From an uncultured Clostridia bacterium (GTDB lineage: Bacteria; Bacillota; Clostridia; Christensenellales; Aristaeellaceae), in NCBI GenBank assembly GCA_934630705.1, contig CAKTWP010000002.1:100195-164194 (forward strand): DNA of 64,000 nucleotides. The letters run 5' to 3'. The position numbers and the translations under genes are program-made. The notes beneath the pieces are model-generated. The model was given only the letters and a program-made list of their open reading frames with translations. It had not been told where the DNA came from and made no database searches. This document shows positions 53,410-63,297 of this stretch, one piece after another (positions within the stretch are counted from its first letter, which is position 1; the number at the start of each line of letters is the position of its first letter).

Positions 53410-55163
53410 ATCGTTCGCCTGATCTCGATCTGCACCCGCTCATTGGCTGCGGGCTTGCCAAACACGTCCCGGCCATCCCGGATCTCCCGGACGATGCGCA
53501 GCGTGTCGGCGTCCACGGCGGTCACTTCCAGCGTTCCCGTCTGCAGCGCCGGGCTTTGCCGCCGGGCCTGCAAAAGGGCGCGCACCTGGCTTTGCAGCGC
53601 CGCGTCCTCTTTCCCCCAGGGAAAGGTGCCCCGACAGAAGGGATCGGACGCTCCCTGCAGCCCCGCTTCATCTCCATAATACACGCAGGGAATGCCGGGC
53701 AGGGCGCACAAAAGCCGCAGCATGGCAACATACCGGGCCTTGCCGGACGCATATTCCTCTGCCGTGAGCCGCATGGGCCCCCGCTGAGGCTGGGGCAGCT
53801 CCTCCCAGGTGCGGCCGCACAGGGCGTTGATGCTCCGGGGCCGGTCATGGCTGCCGGTCAGGTTCATCAGGGAATAATAGAAGGGCGCGGGATAATTCTC
53901 CTGCTGGCTGCGGATCAGCCGGCACAGGGCAAATGCATCGGCCCTGCCGGTGAAAAAATCAATGGCCGCGGCGCGAAGGGGATAATTCATCACGCTGTCC
54001 AGGGTATCGCCCTGGCAATAGCAGCGCATTTCCCCGTAGGCCACCTTGTGGCTGGCGTCCTCCCATACCTCGCCCAGCACCAGCGCATCCGGGTTTTCCG
54101 CTTTCACGGCTGCGCGCAGCTTTCGCAGAAAATCCATGGGCAGCTCATCGGCCACATCCAGCCGCCAGCCGGCGCTGCCCTGCCGCACCCAGCTGCGGGC
54201 CACGCCGTCCTTTCCCAGGATAAACGCCTGATACCCGGGATCGGTTTTGTTCACCTCCGGGAGGGTGTGAAAATTCCACCAGCATTTGTATTCGTCGGGA
54301 TAGCGGGTGAAGGTATACCAGGGATAATAGGGGGATTGGGTGGACTGGCATGCGCCGACCACGGGAAACCGGCCCAGACGGTTGAAATACACGCTGTCCT
54401 CCCCGGTATGGCTGAACACGCCGTCCAGCACCACCCGGATGCCCGCAGCCTTCGCATCCCGGCACAGGGCGGCAAAATCCCCATTATCCCCCAGCAGGGG
54501 ATCAATCCGGGTATAATCCGCCGTGTCATAGCGATGATTGGAGCGGGCCATGAAAACGGGGTTCAGATACAGCACGGTCACGCCCAGCGCCTGCAGATAG
54601 GGCAGCTTTTCCCGAATGCCCTGCAAATCGCCGCCGAAAAAATCCCGGGCGCAGTTGTCATCCTCGCCCTCGGGAATGAGCAGGGGCGTATCCTGCCAAT
54701 CCTCGTGATACACGATCTCTTCCCGCCGGGGATGGGCCGCGCCGCTGCGATAAAACCGATCCGGGAAAATCTGATACATCACGCCCTCCCGCATAAAGGC
54801 GGGGGTTTTATAGCCGGGATCATAGACGGTGATCTGCCAGGCCCGGGGGCAATCCGTTTCCAGCCCCTCGCCGCCCATGCCGTCCGCGGGGCCGCCATAG
54901 GCGATCACATGGCCGTCCATATCCGCCACCCGGAAATCATACCAGCACAGAATCGGAATTTCCGGCATCACCGCTTCGGCGGCATACCAGCCGTCCGGCT
55001 CCTTTTCCATGGGAATCCATTTTTCGCTGCCGTCATAAAAGCGCAAAAGGGCGCTCTGAAGGGGCTCCGCCGCCCGCAGCCGCAGCCGCACCCTGGCCCC
55101 GCAGGGGGCAGCGCCCAGGGGAGAGCGGCACAGGAGACGCTGAGAATCATGATATAAATGCAT
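53406..55163 (-). CDS. Glycoside hydrolase family 13 enzyme (neopullulanase / cyclomaltodextrinase-like alpha-amylase)
   Basis: 585 aa. N-terminal beta domain, then the GH13 catalytic region (LGVTVLYLNPVF, GIRVVLDGVFSHTG, GWRLDVADE, EVWED). Its stop overlaps the recG start (ATGA). Confidence 0.75.
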   Translation of the reverse strand: MHLYHDSQRLLCRSPLGAAPCGARVRLRLRAAEPLQSALLRFYDGSEKWIPMEKEPDGWYAAEAVMPEIPILCWYDFRVADMDGHVIAYGGPADGMGGEGLETDCPRAWQITVYDPGYKTPAFMREGVMYQIFPDRFYRSGAAHPRREEIVYHEDWQDTPLLIPEGEDDNCARDFFGGDLQGIREKLPYLQALGVTVLYLNPVFMARSNHRYDTADYTRIDPLLGDNGDFAALCRDAKAAGIRVVLDGVFSHTGEDSVYFNRLGRFPVVGACQSTQSPYYPWYTFTRYPDEYKCWWNFHTLPEVNKTDPGYQAFILGKDGVARSWVRQGSAGWRLDVADELPMDFLRKLRAAVKAENPDALVLGEVWEDASHKVAYGEMRCYCQGDTLDSVMNYPLRAAAIDFFTGRADAFALCRLIRSQQENYPAPFYYSLMNLTGSHDRPRSINALCGRTWEELPQPQRGPMRLTAEEYASGKARYVAMLRLLCALPGIPCVYYGDEAGLQGASDPFCRGTFPWGKEDAALQSQVRALLQARRQSPALQTGTLEVTAVDADTLRIVREIRDGRDVFGKPAANERVQIEIRRTI

Positions 55164-55236
55164 GGCTTTATTCCTTTTAACAGCATTACCAATTAATGAT
55201 TATAGCAGCTTTTCGCCGCAAAAGCAATCCGAAGGG

Positions 55237-56232
55237 TCAAAGCGATGGATCGTCCTTGAGCTGCGCCGGATCGCCAAAACCCTCCAGGGTAGGCGCCTTG
55301 CGGCTCCAGAGGGTGGGCTCGGTATCCTGCTGCCGGTCGGTGGCGCGGTAAACGAAGGAGCGCAGGGTGTCGAGGGGCTCGGCATTGGAGGAAGGGGCCT
55401 TGCCCACCAGCTGGCGCTTATCCGCGCTGGGGGAATGGCCGAAAATCTTGGTATAGGCCCGATAAAAGCTGGTGTAATCCCCAAAGCCCGCTGCCTGGGC
55501 CGCCTGGGCTGCGGAAATGCCGCCGCTGAGCAGCTGCTGCACATAATTCACCCGCTTGTGGGTCACATAATCCATCACCGTGGTGCCCGTCATTTTCCGA
55601 AACATCTGATTCAAATGACTTTTGCTCACGAAAAACCGCTCCGCCAGCATGTCCAGAGAGATGGGCTGGGTGAAATGCTCGTCCAGATAATACAGAATAT
55701 GATTGTTCTGCCCCCGGGGCATGGCGCAGGACTGCTGGCGCAGCGGCAGATAATCCTGCATATGGCACAGCATTCGGGCCAGCACCGCTTCAATAAAAAT
55801 GGGCATGAGGGCCTTTTGCTGGGGCTTGCTCAGGGGCGCGCAGTCGTCCAGCTGCAAAAGGCTTTGGAGGATGCCGGTGGATTCCATGTCCGGCCAATGG
55901 AGGGAAAAGGCCGGGTTTCCGCCCTGGGGCAGCACCGCCATCAGCTGCGCCCGCCGCTCAAAGGATAAAACGTTTGGATCCAGATGCAGCGTGACGCGTT
56001 CATAGGGCGCTTCCGAATTGACCCGGATGCCGTGATACGCCCCCGGCGGATACAGCATCAGGGTATGCGGCGCCATATGATATTCCACCCCGGACAGCAG
56101 CACGTCCACATCCCCCTGCAGAAAATAATAAATCTCCGGAAAGGGATGCGCATGCACCAGATATCCGTTCGAGACAACATGGCTGACATTGTGGCCATAG
56201 CCGAAGAGCAGACCGTTAACGCTAATTTGCAA
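55237..56232 (-). CDS. AraC-family transcriptional regulator (cupin sensor + HTH)
   Basis: 331 aa. The C-terminal AraC HTH is ...QAAQAAGFGDYTSFYRAYTKIFGHSP. Confidence 0.8.
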   Translation of the reverse strand: MQISVNGLLFGYGHNVSHVVSNGYLVHAHPFPEIYYFLQGDVDVLLSGVEYHMAPHTLMLYPPGAYHGIRVNSEAPYERVTLHLDPNVLSFERRAQLMAVLPQGGNPAFSLHWPDMESTGILQSLLQLDDCAPLSKPQQKALMPIFIEAVLARMLCHMQDYLPLRQQSCAMPRGQNNHILYYLDEHFTQPISLDMLAERFFVSKSHLNQMFRKMTGTTVMDYVTHKRVNYVQQLLSGGISAAQAAQAAGFGDYTSFYRAYTKIFGHSPSADKRQLVGKAPSSNAEPLDTLRSFVYRATDRQQDTEPTLWSRKAPTLEGFGDPAQLKDDPSL

Positions 56233-56449
56233 GGAATAACCCCCTCATTTGCCTTTTCTTAGCCATATTATACATGAAACGTGCGATATTTGCAATATAA
56301 ACCGCGATATTTACCATGGTGTTTAGGGCATGGGACGCTTATAATAAGCATAGACTGAATCACACGGAAATGAGCCAATTTATACAGGCGACGTGTGATT
56401 GTGCGCTTTTCTCTGTGCAAAAGCGTCAAAATTGAAGGAGGATACGTCG

Positions 56450-58054
56450 ATGAAAAAGACCCTGGCTCTCGCTCTGGCCCTGTGCCTGGTGCTGGCTGCG
56501 CTGCCCGCATCCGCGCTGGAACTGCTCTCCGGGAAGGATACCTATCCCATCCAGACGGACAAGACCGTCAGCTTCTATTGCCAGTCCAACCTCAATCCCC
56601 ATGAAAAATTCAAGGATTGGCATGAATCCCCCTTCCATAATAATCTTATCAAAATGACCGGCATCAACATCGACTGGATGTTCCCCACCACGGGCACCGA
56701 CGGCGGCGTGTTCACCAACACCCTCATCGCCGATCCCACCAACCTGCCCGACATCATGGGCGTGCACTGGATGGACAATGCGGCCATGTATCTGGAAGAC
56801 GAGGTGATCTGGGATCTGACTCCCTACATCCAGGAATACGCCCCCGCGTATTACGCCTTCCTGCAGACCAACCCCGCCTATGACCGCGCCATGAAGACCG
56901 ACGACGGCCAGTATTACGCCTTCAACTTCTTCCGCGAGGATGGCGGCTGGAACGACACCTATCTGGGCCCGGTGGTTCGCACCGACTGGCTGGAAGAATG
57001 CGGCCTGGAAGAGCCCAAGACCATCTCTGAATTCAACAACGTGATCAAGGTGTTCAACGAGAAGTACGGCGCCAAGTTCTCCTTTGCCTGGAGCCGCTTC
57101 AATGGGCATGGCGGCGGCCTGGCCGGCGCGTTCGGCGCTTACACCGCCTGCAGCAACACCTACTATGTCCACGACGGCAAGGTTAACTATGCCATGGCTC
57201 AGCCTGAATGGCGCACCTACATGCAGTGGCTGGTGGGCCTGTGGAACGACGGGCTGCTGGACCAGGATATCATGACATTGGACGACACCTCCATCAAGGC
57301 CAAGATCCACAACGATCAGTGCGGCATCTCCATCACCTCCATGGGCCAGCTGAACAACTGGAACAAGGAACGGATGGCGGACGGCAAGGAACCCGTGTGG
57401 AAGGGCATTGCCTATCCCACGGGCGACGACGGCACCCTGGCCAACGTGTTCGGCGGCTTCGGCATCAGCGACTGGACCTTTGTGATCACCAAGTGCGCCG
57501 ATGAAGAAACCATGAAGCTGGCCCTGCAGCTGCTGGACTATGCCTACACCCAGGAGGGCTTCCTGTTCTGGAACTACGGCGTGGAAGGCGAATCCTGGAC
57601 CATGGGCGAGAACGGCGTGCCCCAGTACACCGATCTGGTCAAGAATGACACCGACACCGACCCGCAGACCAAGTACGGCGGCGCGACCTGGGGCGCCTGC
57701 TGCATCCAGGCGACCAACCTGCTCTATCTGAAGAACTCTCGGGCGGCTATCGAAGCCAACGACACCTGGTTCTATAACTATCCCGATGACGAAGAAAAGA
57801 ACCTGGCCGTCACCGGCGGCTGGAAGTGGCCCAACGGCATCACCTTCACCCTGGACGAATCTGACGAGCTGGATCTGATCGCCGGCGGCATCAGCACCTA
57901 TGCTTCCGAAGCTTTCGCCGCGTTCCTCACCGGCACCAAGGACATCAACAGCGACGCCGACTGGGACAACTACATTGCCGGTTACGAAACCCACAACCTG
58001 TCTCGGGTTCTGGAAATCCGTCAGGACGCTTACGATCGTTACCTGGCCCGCTAA
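56450..58054 (+). CDS. Extracellular solute-binding lipoprotein of a carbohydrate ABC transporter (large LplA/YesO-like family-1 binding protein)
   Basis: Lipoprotein signal MKKTLALALALCLVLAALPASA; 534 aa; RBS gaaggagg. Confidence 0.75.
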   Translation: MKKTLALALALCLVLAALPASALELLSGKDTYPIQTDKTVSFYCQSNLNPHEKFKDWHESPFHNNLIKMTGINIDWMFPTTGTDGGVFTNTLIADPTNLPDIMGVHWMDNAAMYLEDEVIWDLTPYIQEYAPAYYAFLQTNPAYDRAMKTDDGQYYAFNFFREDGGWNDTYLGPVVRTDWLEECGLEEPKTISEFNNVIKVFNEKYGAKFSFAWSRFNGHGGGLAGAFGAYTACSNTYYVHDGKVNYAMAQPEWRTYMQWLVGLWNDGLLDQDIMTLDDTSIKAKIHNDQCGISITSMGQLNNWNKERMADGKEPVWKGIAYPTGDDGTLANVFGGFGISDWTFVITKCADEETMKLALQLLDYAYTQEGFLFWNYGVEGESWTMGENGVPQYTDLVKNDTDTDPQTKYGGATWGACCIQATNLLYLKNSRAAIEANDTWFYNYPDDEEKNLAVTGGWKWPNGITFTLDESDELDLIAGGISTYASEAFAAFLTGTKDINSDADWDNYIAGYETHNLSRVLEIRQDAYDRYLAR

Positions 58055-58300
58055 ACCCAAACAAACCTGTTTCGCCCCGGGGGAAAATCCCCCGGCGGCG
58101 GAAAGCGGTTCATTTGCAAGGGGCGTTTCATCAAAGCTAAAAAGGCCGCTTGCGAAGAAAAGGGAGAAAGGCGCTCCGAAGGGCTTCGGGCCTCAGGAGC
58201 GTCTCCCTCCCTTAGCAGGCGCGGAGGCGGCGCTCAGCGTCCTCCGCGTTTTTCGGTTTTCGCATGGAAGCTTATTTTCTTCAAAAGGGGGCCGCGCCGT

Positions 58301-59257
58301 ATGACCACGAAGATCAAGCCGGTCGAAATCAACCATTATAACAAAGGATCCCTCGGCCAGCGCATTTCCCGGGATTTCAGCCTGAACAAGTATAAATATC
58401 TGCTGATTCTGCCTGTGCTGGTTTATCTGTTCCTGTTCTGCTACAAGCCCATGTATGGCCTGGTCATTGCGTTCAAAAATTACAAGCCCACCCGCGGCAT
58501 CGCCGGCAGCAAATGGGTTGGCTTTCTGTGGTTTGAAACCTTCTTTAAGGATCCCTACTTCTTCCGCCTCATCCGGAACACCTTCCTGCTGAGCCTGCTG
58601 AACATCGTGTTCGGCTTCCCGGCGCCCATTCTGCTGGCGCTGCTGCTCAACGAGGTGGGCAACAACAAATTCAAGCGCACCGTGCAGACCATCACCTATA
58701 TGCCCTACTTCATTTCGATGGTGGTCATGTGCTCGATCATTAGAATTTACTGCCAGGAGAACGGCCTGTTTTCGCAGATTGCCGAGTTCTTCGGCGGCTC
58801 AAGAAAGAATTATCTGATGGACGCCGGGGCGTTCCGGCCCATCCATGTGCTCTCGGGCATCTGGCAGGGCATTGGCTGGAATTCCATCATTTATTTGGCC
58901 GCGCTGGCGGGCATTGATCAGGCCCAGTATGAGGCCGCCCGCATCGACGGCGCCAATCGCTTCCAGCAGGTGCTGCATATTACCATCCCGGGCATCCTGC
59001 CCACCATCGTGGTTCTGTTCGTGCTGCGCATGGGCAGCATCCTGAACGTGGGCTATGAAAAAGTGCTGCTGCTGTATAACACCAGCATCTATGAAACCGC
59101 CGACGTGCTTTCCACCTATATCTACCGCATGGGCCTGGAAAGCCAGAAGTATTCCCTGTCCACGGCCGTGGGCCTGTTCAACACGCTGGTGAACATCGTA
59201 TTCCTGGTGCTCACGAACTGGATCAGCCGGCGGACCACCGAGTCCGGGCTGTTCTGA
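58301..59257 (+). CDS. Carbohydrate ABC transporter permease (LplB/MalF-like)
   Basis: 318 aa, 6 TM. The EAA-like loop is AARIDGANRFQQVLHITIP. Confidence 0.8.
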   Translation: MTTKIKPVEINHYNKGSLGQRISRDFSLNKYKYLLILPVLVYLFLFCYKPMYGLVIAFKNYKPTRGIAGSKWVGFLWFETFFKDPYFFRLIRNTFLLSLLNIVFGFPAPILLALLLNEVGNNKFKRTVQTITYMPYFISMVVMCSIIRIYCQENGLFSQIAEFFGGSRKNYLMDAGAFRPIHVLSGIWQGIGWNSIIYLAALAGIDQAQYEAARIDGANRFQQVLHITIPGILPTIVVLFVLRMGSILNVGYEKVLLLYNTSIYETADVLSTYIYRMGLESQKYSLSTAVGLFNTLVNIVFLVLTNWISRRTTESGLF

Positions 59258-59272
59258 GAGGAGGCGCTTGAA

Positions 59273-60187
59273 ATGACGAATATTGAAAAAGCGCAGGTTA
59301 AGCATAACGCCATCCGCAAATCCGTGGGCGATCGGATTTTCGATACCTTCAACACCATCCTTCTGCTGATGCTCTGCTTTATCACGCTGTATCCCATGTG
59401 GTATGTGCTGTGCGCATCGTTCACCAAGAACAGCTATCTGGTGGCCCATCCCGGGGCGATCTTCTGGCCCCACGGGTTCAATGTGGGCTCCTATAAGCTG
59501 GCGTTCAGCCATCCGCTGATCCTCAGCGGCTATAAGAACATCCTGATCGTGTTGGCTGTGTCGCTGCCCATTAACATCGCGCTGACGCTGTTCTGCGGCT
59601 ATTTCCTGGCTTCCAAGAACGTGCTGCTGAAAAAGCCGGTGCTGTTCATCATCATGTTCACCATGTTCTTCAACGGCGGCATGATTCCTTCGTATCTGAA
59701 CGTGCGCGATCTGGGGCTGTACAACAGTCTCTGGGCCCTGATTCTGCCCGGGGCCATGAGCGTTTATAACGCCATCATCTGCCGAACCGCCATTGAAGCG
59801 GTGCCGGACAGCCTGACTGAATCGGCGTACATTGATGGGGCGAACGATCTGATTATCGTGTTCCGGATTATCCTGCCCCTGATTATGCCTACCATCGCCG
59901 TGCTGCTGCTGTATTACGGCGTGGGCCACTGGAACGCCTGGTTCAACGCTTCCATCTACCTGAAGGACAACACCAAGCTGCCCATTCAGAACGTGCTGCG
60001 GTCCATTCTGATTGCCAACTCCAACATCCTCAATTCCGCCGCTGCGGAGAATGATCAGGTGAATGAATTCGCCGAGGCCATTAAGTATTCCACCATCATC
60101 CTCACCACCGTGCCCGTGCTGTGCATCTATCCGTTCCTGCAGAAGTATTTCGTCAAGGGCGTGATGATCGGCGCGGTCAAGGGCTGA
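59273..60187 (+). CDS. Carbohydrate ABC transporter permease (LplC/MalG-like)
   Basis: 304 aa, 6 TM. ESAYIDGANDLIIVFRIILP. Confidence 0.8.
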   Translation: MTNIEKAQVKHNAIRKSVGDRIFDTFNTILLLMLCFITLYPMWYVLCASFTKNSYLVAHPGAIFWPHGFNVGSYKLAFSHPLILSGYKNILIVLAVSLPINIALTLFCGYFLASKNVLLKKPVLFIIMFTMFFNGGMIPSYLNVRDLGLYNSLWALILPGAMSVYNAIICRTAIEAVPDSLTESAYIDGANDLIIVFRIILPLIMPTIAVLLLYYGVGHWNAWFNASIYLKDNTKLPIQNVLRSILIANSNILNSAAAENDQVNEFAEAIKYSTIILTTVPVLCIYPFLQKYFVKGVMIGAVKG

Positions 60188-60199
60188 GAATACCAACAG

Positions 60200-60378
60200 A
60201 ACGGGCGGACTCTTTACCTGCCGCCCCTGCGCCCCGGAATGGAGAGAAACGGAAAAGCCTTCGTTTTCTTCCCCACCCCGGGGCGCATTCGACGTTTCTA
60301 TAAAATTTGTTTTATCCGTATGGCTTTCTTGGGAGGGCGCGGGAGGGGGTTCTTTGGCCGCAAAGAACCTCCTCCCGC
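60200..60378 (+). repeat. Composite structured repeat, copy 4 (diverged)
   Basis: gcgccccggaatggagagaaacggaaaagccttcgttttcttccccaccccggggcgcattcgacg, then tatggctttcttgggagggcgcgggagggggttctttggccgcaaagaacctcctcccgc. Confidence 0.55.
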
Positions 60379-60415
60379 ATAATCGTTTTTTTGCTTTTCT
60401 CGTTTCTGAAAAATC

Positions 60416-60553
60416 TTGACTTTTTGCGCGGCGTGCGGTATAATCCTTTAGTAAGCCGCTCGGGAGGGGCTCCTTAAATGCGGAAACGCTGCCCCATGGC
60501 TGAAACATGCTATTCTTTCCTCTAAGATAGGCCCGGCGAGTAAATAACAGGAG
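60416..60553 (+). promoter_or_regulatory. Sigma-70 promoter (TTGACT-17-TATAAT) and ~100-nt structured leader of the rplU-prp-rpmA operon (L21-leader type)
   Basis: Hexamers at 60416-60421 and 60439-60444. The leader cctttagtaagccgctcgggaggggctcc...gataggcccggcgag sits before the RBS caggagg. Confidence 0.45.
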
Positions 60554-60868
60554 GTGCTGCCCATGTACGCGATTATTGCGACCGGCGGCAAACAGTACCG
60601 TGTGTCTGAGGGAGACACCATCTACATCGAAAAGCTCGAAAACGAAGTTGGCGACGTGGTTTCTTTCCCCGTCATGATGCTCTCTGGCGAGACCATTGAA
60701 GTGGGTTCTCCCTATATCGAGGGCGCTACCGTGACCGGCAAAGTCGTGCGCCATGGCAAGGGCGAAAAGATCGTCGTGTTCAAGTATAAGAGCAAGAAGA
60801 ATTATCGCCGCAAGGCTGGCCATCGTCAGCCCTTCACCCAGGTGGAAATCACCGGCGTGAACGCCTGA
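60554..60868 (+). CDS. rplU: 50S ribosomal protein L21
   Basis: [25 protein letters not shown]... Confidence 0.9.
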   Translation: MLPMYAIIATGGKQYRVSEGDTIYIEKLENEVGDVVSFPVMMLSGETIEVGSPYIEGATVTGKVVRHGKGEKIVVFKYKSKKNYRRKAGHRQPFTQVEITGVNA

Positions 60869-60873
60869 CCCGA

Positions 60874-61185
60874 ATGATCCGCCTTTCGCTTTATCGGGCC
60901 GGCGAGGCAATCACCGGCTTTGAATGCAAAGGCCATGCGGGCTACGCGGAGGAAGGCAGCGATATTGTCTGCGCCGCCGTTTCCGTGCTTGCCACCACCT
61001 GCGTGAACGCGCTGGAAAGCGTGGCGGGGGTGAAGGCAAAGGTGGAAATCGCGGACGGATATATGAAAGCGCTGCTGCCCGATGATAAGTCCCATGACGC
61101 GCAGGTGATCCTGCGATTCCTGCGCCAGGGCCTGAGCGATTTGGCGGAGCAGTATCCCCGATATCTTCGGCTCACTGAAATTTGA
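60874..61185 (+). CDS. prp: Ribosomal-processing cysteine protease Prp (cleaves the L27 N-terminal extension)
   Basis: 103 aa between rplU and rpmA. Catalytic motifs GHAGYAEEGSDIVCAAVSVL. Confidence 0.8.
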   Translation: MIRLSLYRAGEAITGFECKGHAGYAEEGSDIVCAAVSVLATTCVNALESVAGVKAKVEIADGYMKALLPDDKSHDAQVILRFLRQGLSDLAEQYPRYLRLTEI

Positions 61186-61203
61186 TCATTGGAGGAAGCA
61201 AAT

Positions 61204-61503
61204 ATGTTGAAGCTCAATTTGCAGCTTTTCGCCCATAAAAAAGGTATGGGCTCCACCCGTAACGGCCGCGACAGCGAGTCCAAGCGCCTGGGCCCGAAGC
61301 GGGCTGATGGCCAGTTCGTGCTGGCCGGCAACATCCTGGTTCGTCAGCGGGGCACCAAGGTGCATCCCGGCCTGAACGTGGGCATCGGCAAGGACGATAC
61401 CCTGTTCGCCAAGGTGGATGGCATCATGCGCTTCGAGCGCAAGGGCAAGTTTGACAAGCAGGTGAGCGTGCATCCCGTGGCCACCGAAGCTGCCGCCCAG
61501 TAA
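61204..61503 (+). CDS. rpmA: 50S ribosomal protein L27 (with cleavable N-terminal extension)
   Basis: [30 protein letters not shown]...; RBS ggagga. Confidence 0.9.
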   Translation: MLKLNLQLFAHKKGMGSTRNGRDSESKRLGPKRADGQFVLAGNILVRQRGTKVHPGLNVGIGKDDTLFAKVDGIMRFERKGKFDKQVSVHPVATEAAAQ

Positions 61504-61518
61504 TTCCATCAGCAATGA

Positions 61519-61554
61519 GGAGCCGTTTCGTTTCCACGGAACGGCTCTTTTCTT
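61519..61554 (+). terminator. Intrinsic terminator of the rplU operon
   Basis: gagccgtttcg-tttcca-cggaacggctc followed by ttttctt. Confidence 0.55.
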
Positions 61555-61640
61555 GTTAGGGCAAGAGGACGGGACGCGAACCTGGGCTTGGATGCGGCTG
61601 CACGCTGCATCCCCCAAAAGCCGCTTATAAGGAGGCCTGT

Positions 61641-62693
61641 ATGCGAAATCTGGAAACCAGCCGCCTGCTGCTGCGGCCCTTCACCTGGGAGGATTATCCC
61701 CTGATCTATGGCATTTCCTCGGATCCGGATACCGTAAAATATCTCTATTATTGGGGCCGCCCGGACATGACCGCCGAGCAGGACGCGCGGCGCTTTCTTC
61801 GCTACGCCATAGGCGCGTATGAAAAAACGCCTGTCAAATCCATGGAGTATGCGCTGGTGCGCAAAACGGATAGCCGGGCGATTGGCGATGGCAGCATCGA
61901 GCTGCTGGATGACGGCTTCTCCGCCGAGATCGGCTGGATTCTGCTGCCGTCCTTCCGGGGCCAGGGCTATGTGACCGAGATGGGCTGGGAGCTGCTGCGA
62001 TATGGCTTTGAGGAGCTGGGCGTGGAGCGGATCATCGCCCATTGCGATGCGTTGAATGCGCCGTCCTATCATGTGATGGAGCGGCTGGGTATGCGCCGGG
62101 AGGGCGTGGCGAGGGAAGTGCGCCCGGCCAAAACGATCGGCGGCCGGCGTGGCGATGAATGCACCTATGCCATTTTGAAGCGGGAATGGGAGATTCAGCG
62201 GATGCAGGCGCAGGTGCTGGCAATGCCCTGGCATTTCGATGGATTTATGGATGTGCCTGAGCTGACGGATGGGGAGATTCGGCTGATCTGCGCCAAGAAA
62301 CGGCCGCAGGATGGAATCGACCCCGCCGTGCCTTCTTACTTTTTCCTGATCGTCCGGGGCGGCGAGGCGATTGGCAGCGTTGATCTGCGGCTGGGGTATA
62401 CGCCCTTGCTGTTTTATGCGGGAAACATTGGCTATGACGTTCTCGAATCCCAGCGGGGGCATGGCTATGCGGGCCGGGCATGCCGGCTGCTGTGGCCGGT
62501 GCTGCGGCACCACGGAATGGGCTGCGCGGTGATTACCAATGATAGCGAAAACGCCGCGTCCCGGCGGGTGTGCGAAAAGCTGGGAGCGCGGCTTTTGTGC
62601 CAGGCGGATGTGCCGGAAACCATGCCCATGTACGCCCACGGGCTGCACCGGGCCAACATTTTCCTGATGGAGGACGCGGCGTGCGGATTGTGA
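61641..62693 (+). CDS. GNAT-family N-acetyltransferase with two tandem acetyltransferase domains (RimJ/RimL-like)
   Basis: 350 aa. First domain LETSRLLLRPFTWEDYP...FRGQGYVTEMGWELLRYGFEELGVERIIAHCDALNAPSYHVMERLGMRREG. A second GNAT-like domain follows. Confidence 0.7.
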   Translation: MRNLETSRLLLRPFTWEDYPLIYGISSDPDTVKYLYYWGRPDMTAEQDARRFLRYAIGAYEKTPVKSMEYALVRKTDSRAIGDGSIELLDDGFSAEIGWILLPSFRGQGYVTEMGWELLRYGFEELGVERIIAHCDALNAPSYHVMERLGMRREGVAREVRPAKTIGGRRGDECTYAILKREWEIQRMQAQVLAMPWHFDGFMDVPELTDGEIRLICAKKRPQDGIDPAVPSYFFLIVRGGEAIGSVDLRLGYTPLLFYAGNIGYDVLESQRGHGYAGRACRLLWPVLRHHGMGCAVITNDSENAASRRVCEKLGARLLCQADVPETMPMYAHGLHRANIFLMEDAACGL

Positions 62694-63124
62694 TCGAAAA
62701 AGCCCTGCGGCGGCTGACGCTGCTGGATGAAGAAATGGGGGAGATGCTGTGCTGTCCTGTGGGACTGGGCAGCTGCCCGATCGGTCCCAAGCAGTGGGAA
62801 GGGGACGGAAAAACGCCGGAGGGGACGTATTTTGTCTGCCTGAAAAAGCAGGGAAAGCATGGCCCGTCTCTGGGGGTAAGCTATCCCAATGTGGCGGACG
62901 CTGGGCGCGCAGGGGCGGATGCGGCACTGATTGCCTGCATCCGGGCGCGTGAGGCTGCCGGAGAACGGCCGCCTTGGGGCACCACCCTGGGCGGGGAAGT
63001 TTATATCCATGGCGGCGGCGCGGCGCGGGACTGGACGGCGGGCTGCATTGCGCTTTCGGATGCCGACGCGGAGCGGCTCTACCAGTTGACGCCACTGGGC
63101 ACGGCGATCGAAATTCGGGCTTAA
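62681..63124 (+). CDS. L,D-transpeptidase (YkuD-fold) catalytic-domain protein
   Basis: Active-site signature IHGGGAARDWTAGCIALSD. A GTG start at 62681 with an RBS ggagga; overlaps the GNAT 3' end. Confidence 0.55.
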   Translation: MRIVIEKALRRLTLLDEEMGEMLCCPVGLGSCPIGPKQWEGDGKTPEGTYFVCLKKQGKHGPSLGVSYPNVADAGRAGADAALIACIRAREAAGERPPWGTTLGGEVYIHGGGAARDWTAGCIALSDADAERLYQLTPLGTAIEIRA

Positions 63125-63137
63125 AAGCTGCACAGAG

Positions 63138-63177
63138 GGAACCATTCGCTGCAGCAAAGGGATGGTTCCTTTTTTTA
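63138..63177 (+). terminator. Intrinsic terminator
   Basis: ggaaccat...atggttcc hairpin followed by tttttttact. Confidence 0.55.
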
Positions 63178-63297
63178 CTCCTATCGCTGTTAGCACTCTT
63201 TTTTAATGAGTGCTAAATTTTTGTTGCATTTTGGATTAAGACGTGCTATAATAAGCTTGACCCTAAGAAAATCATACCCGCGAGGGAGGCAGACATC

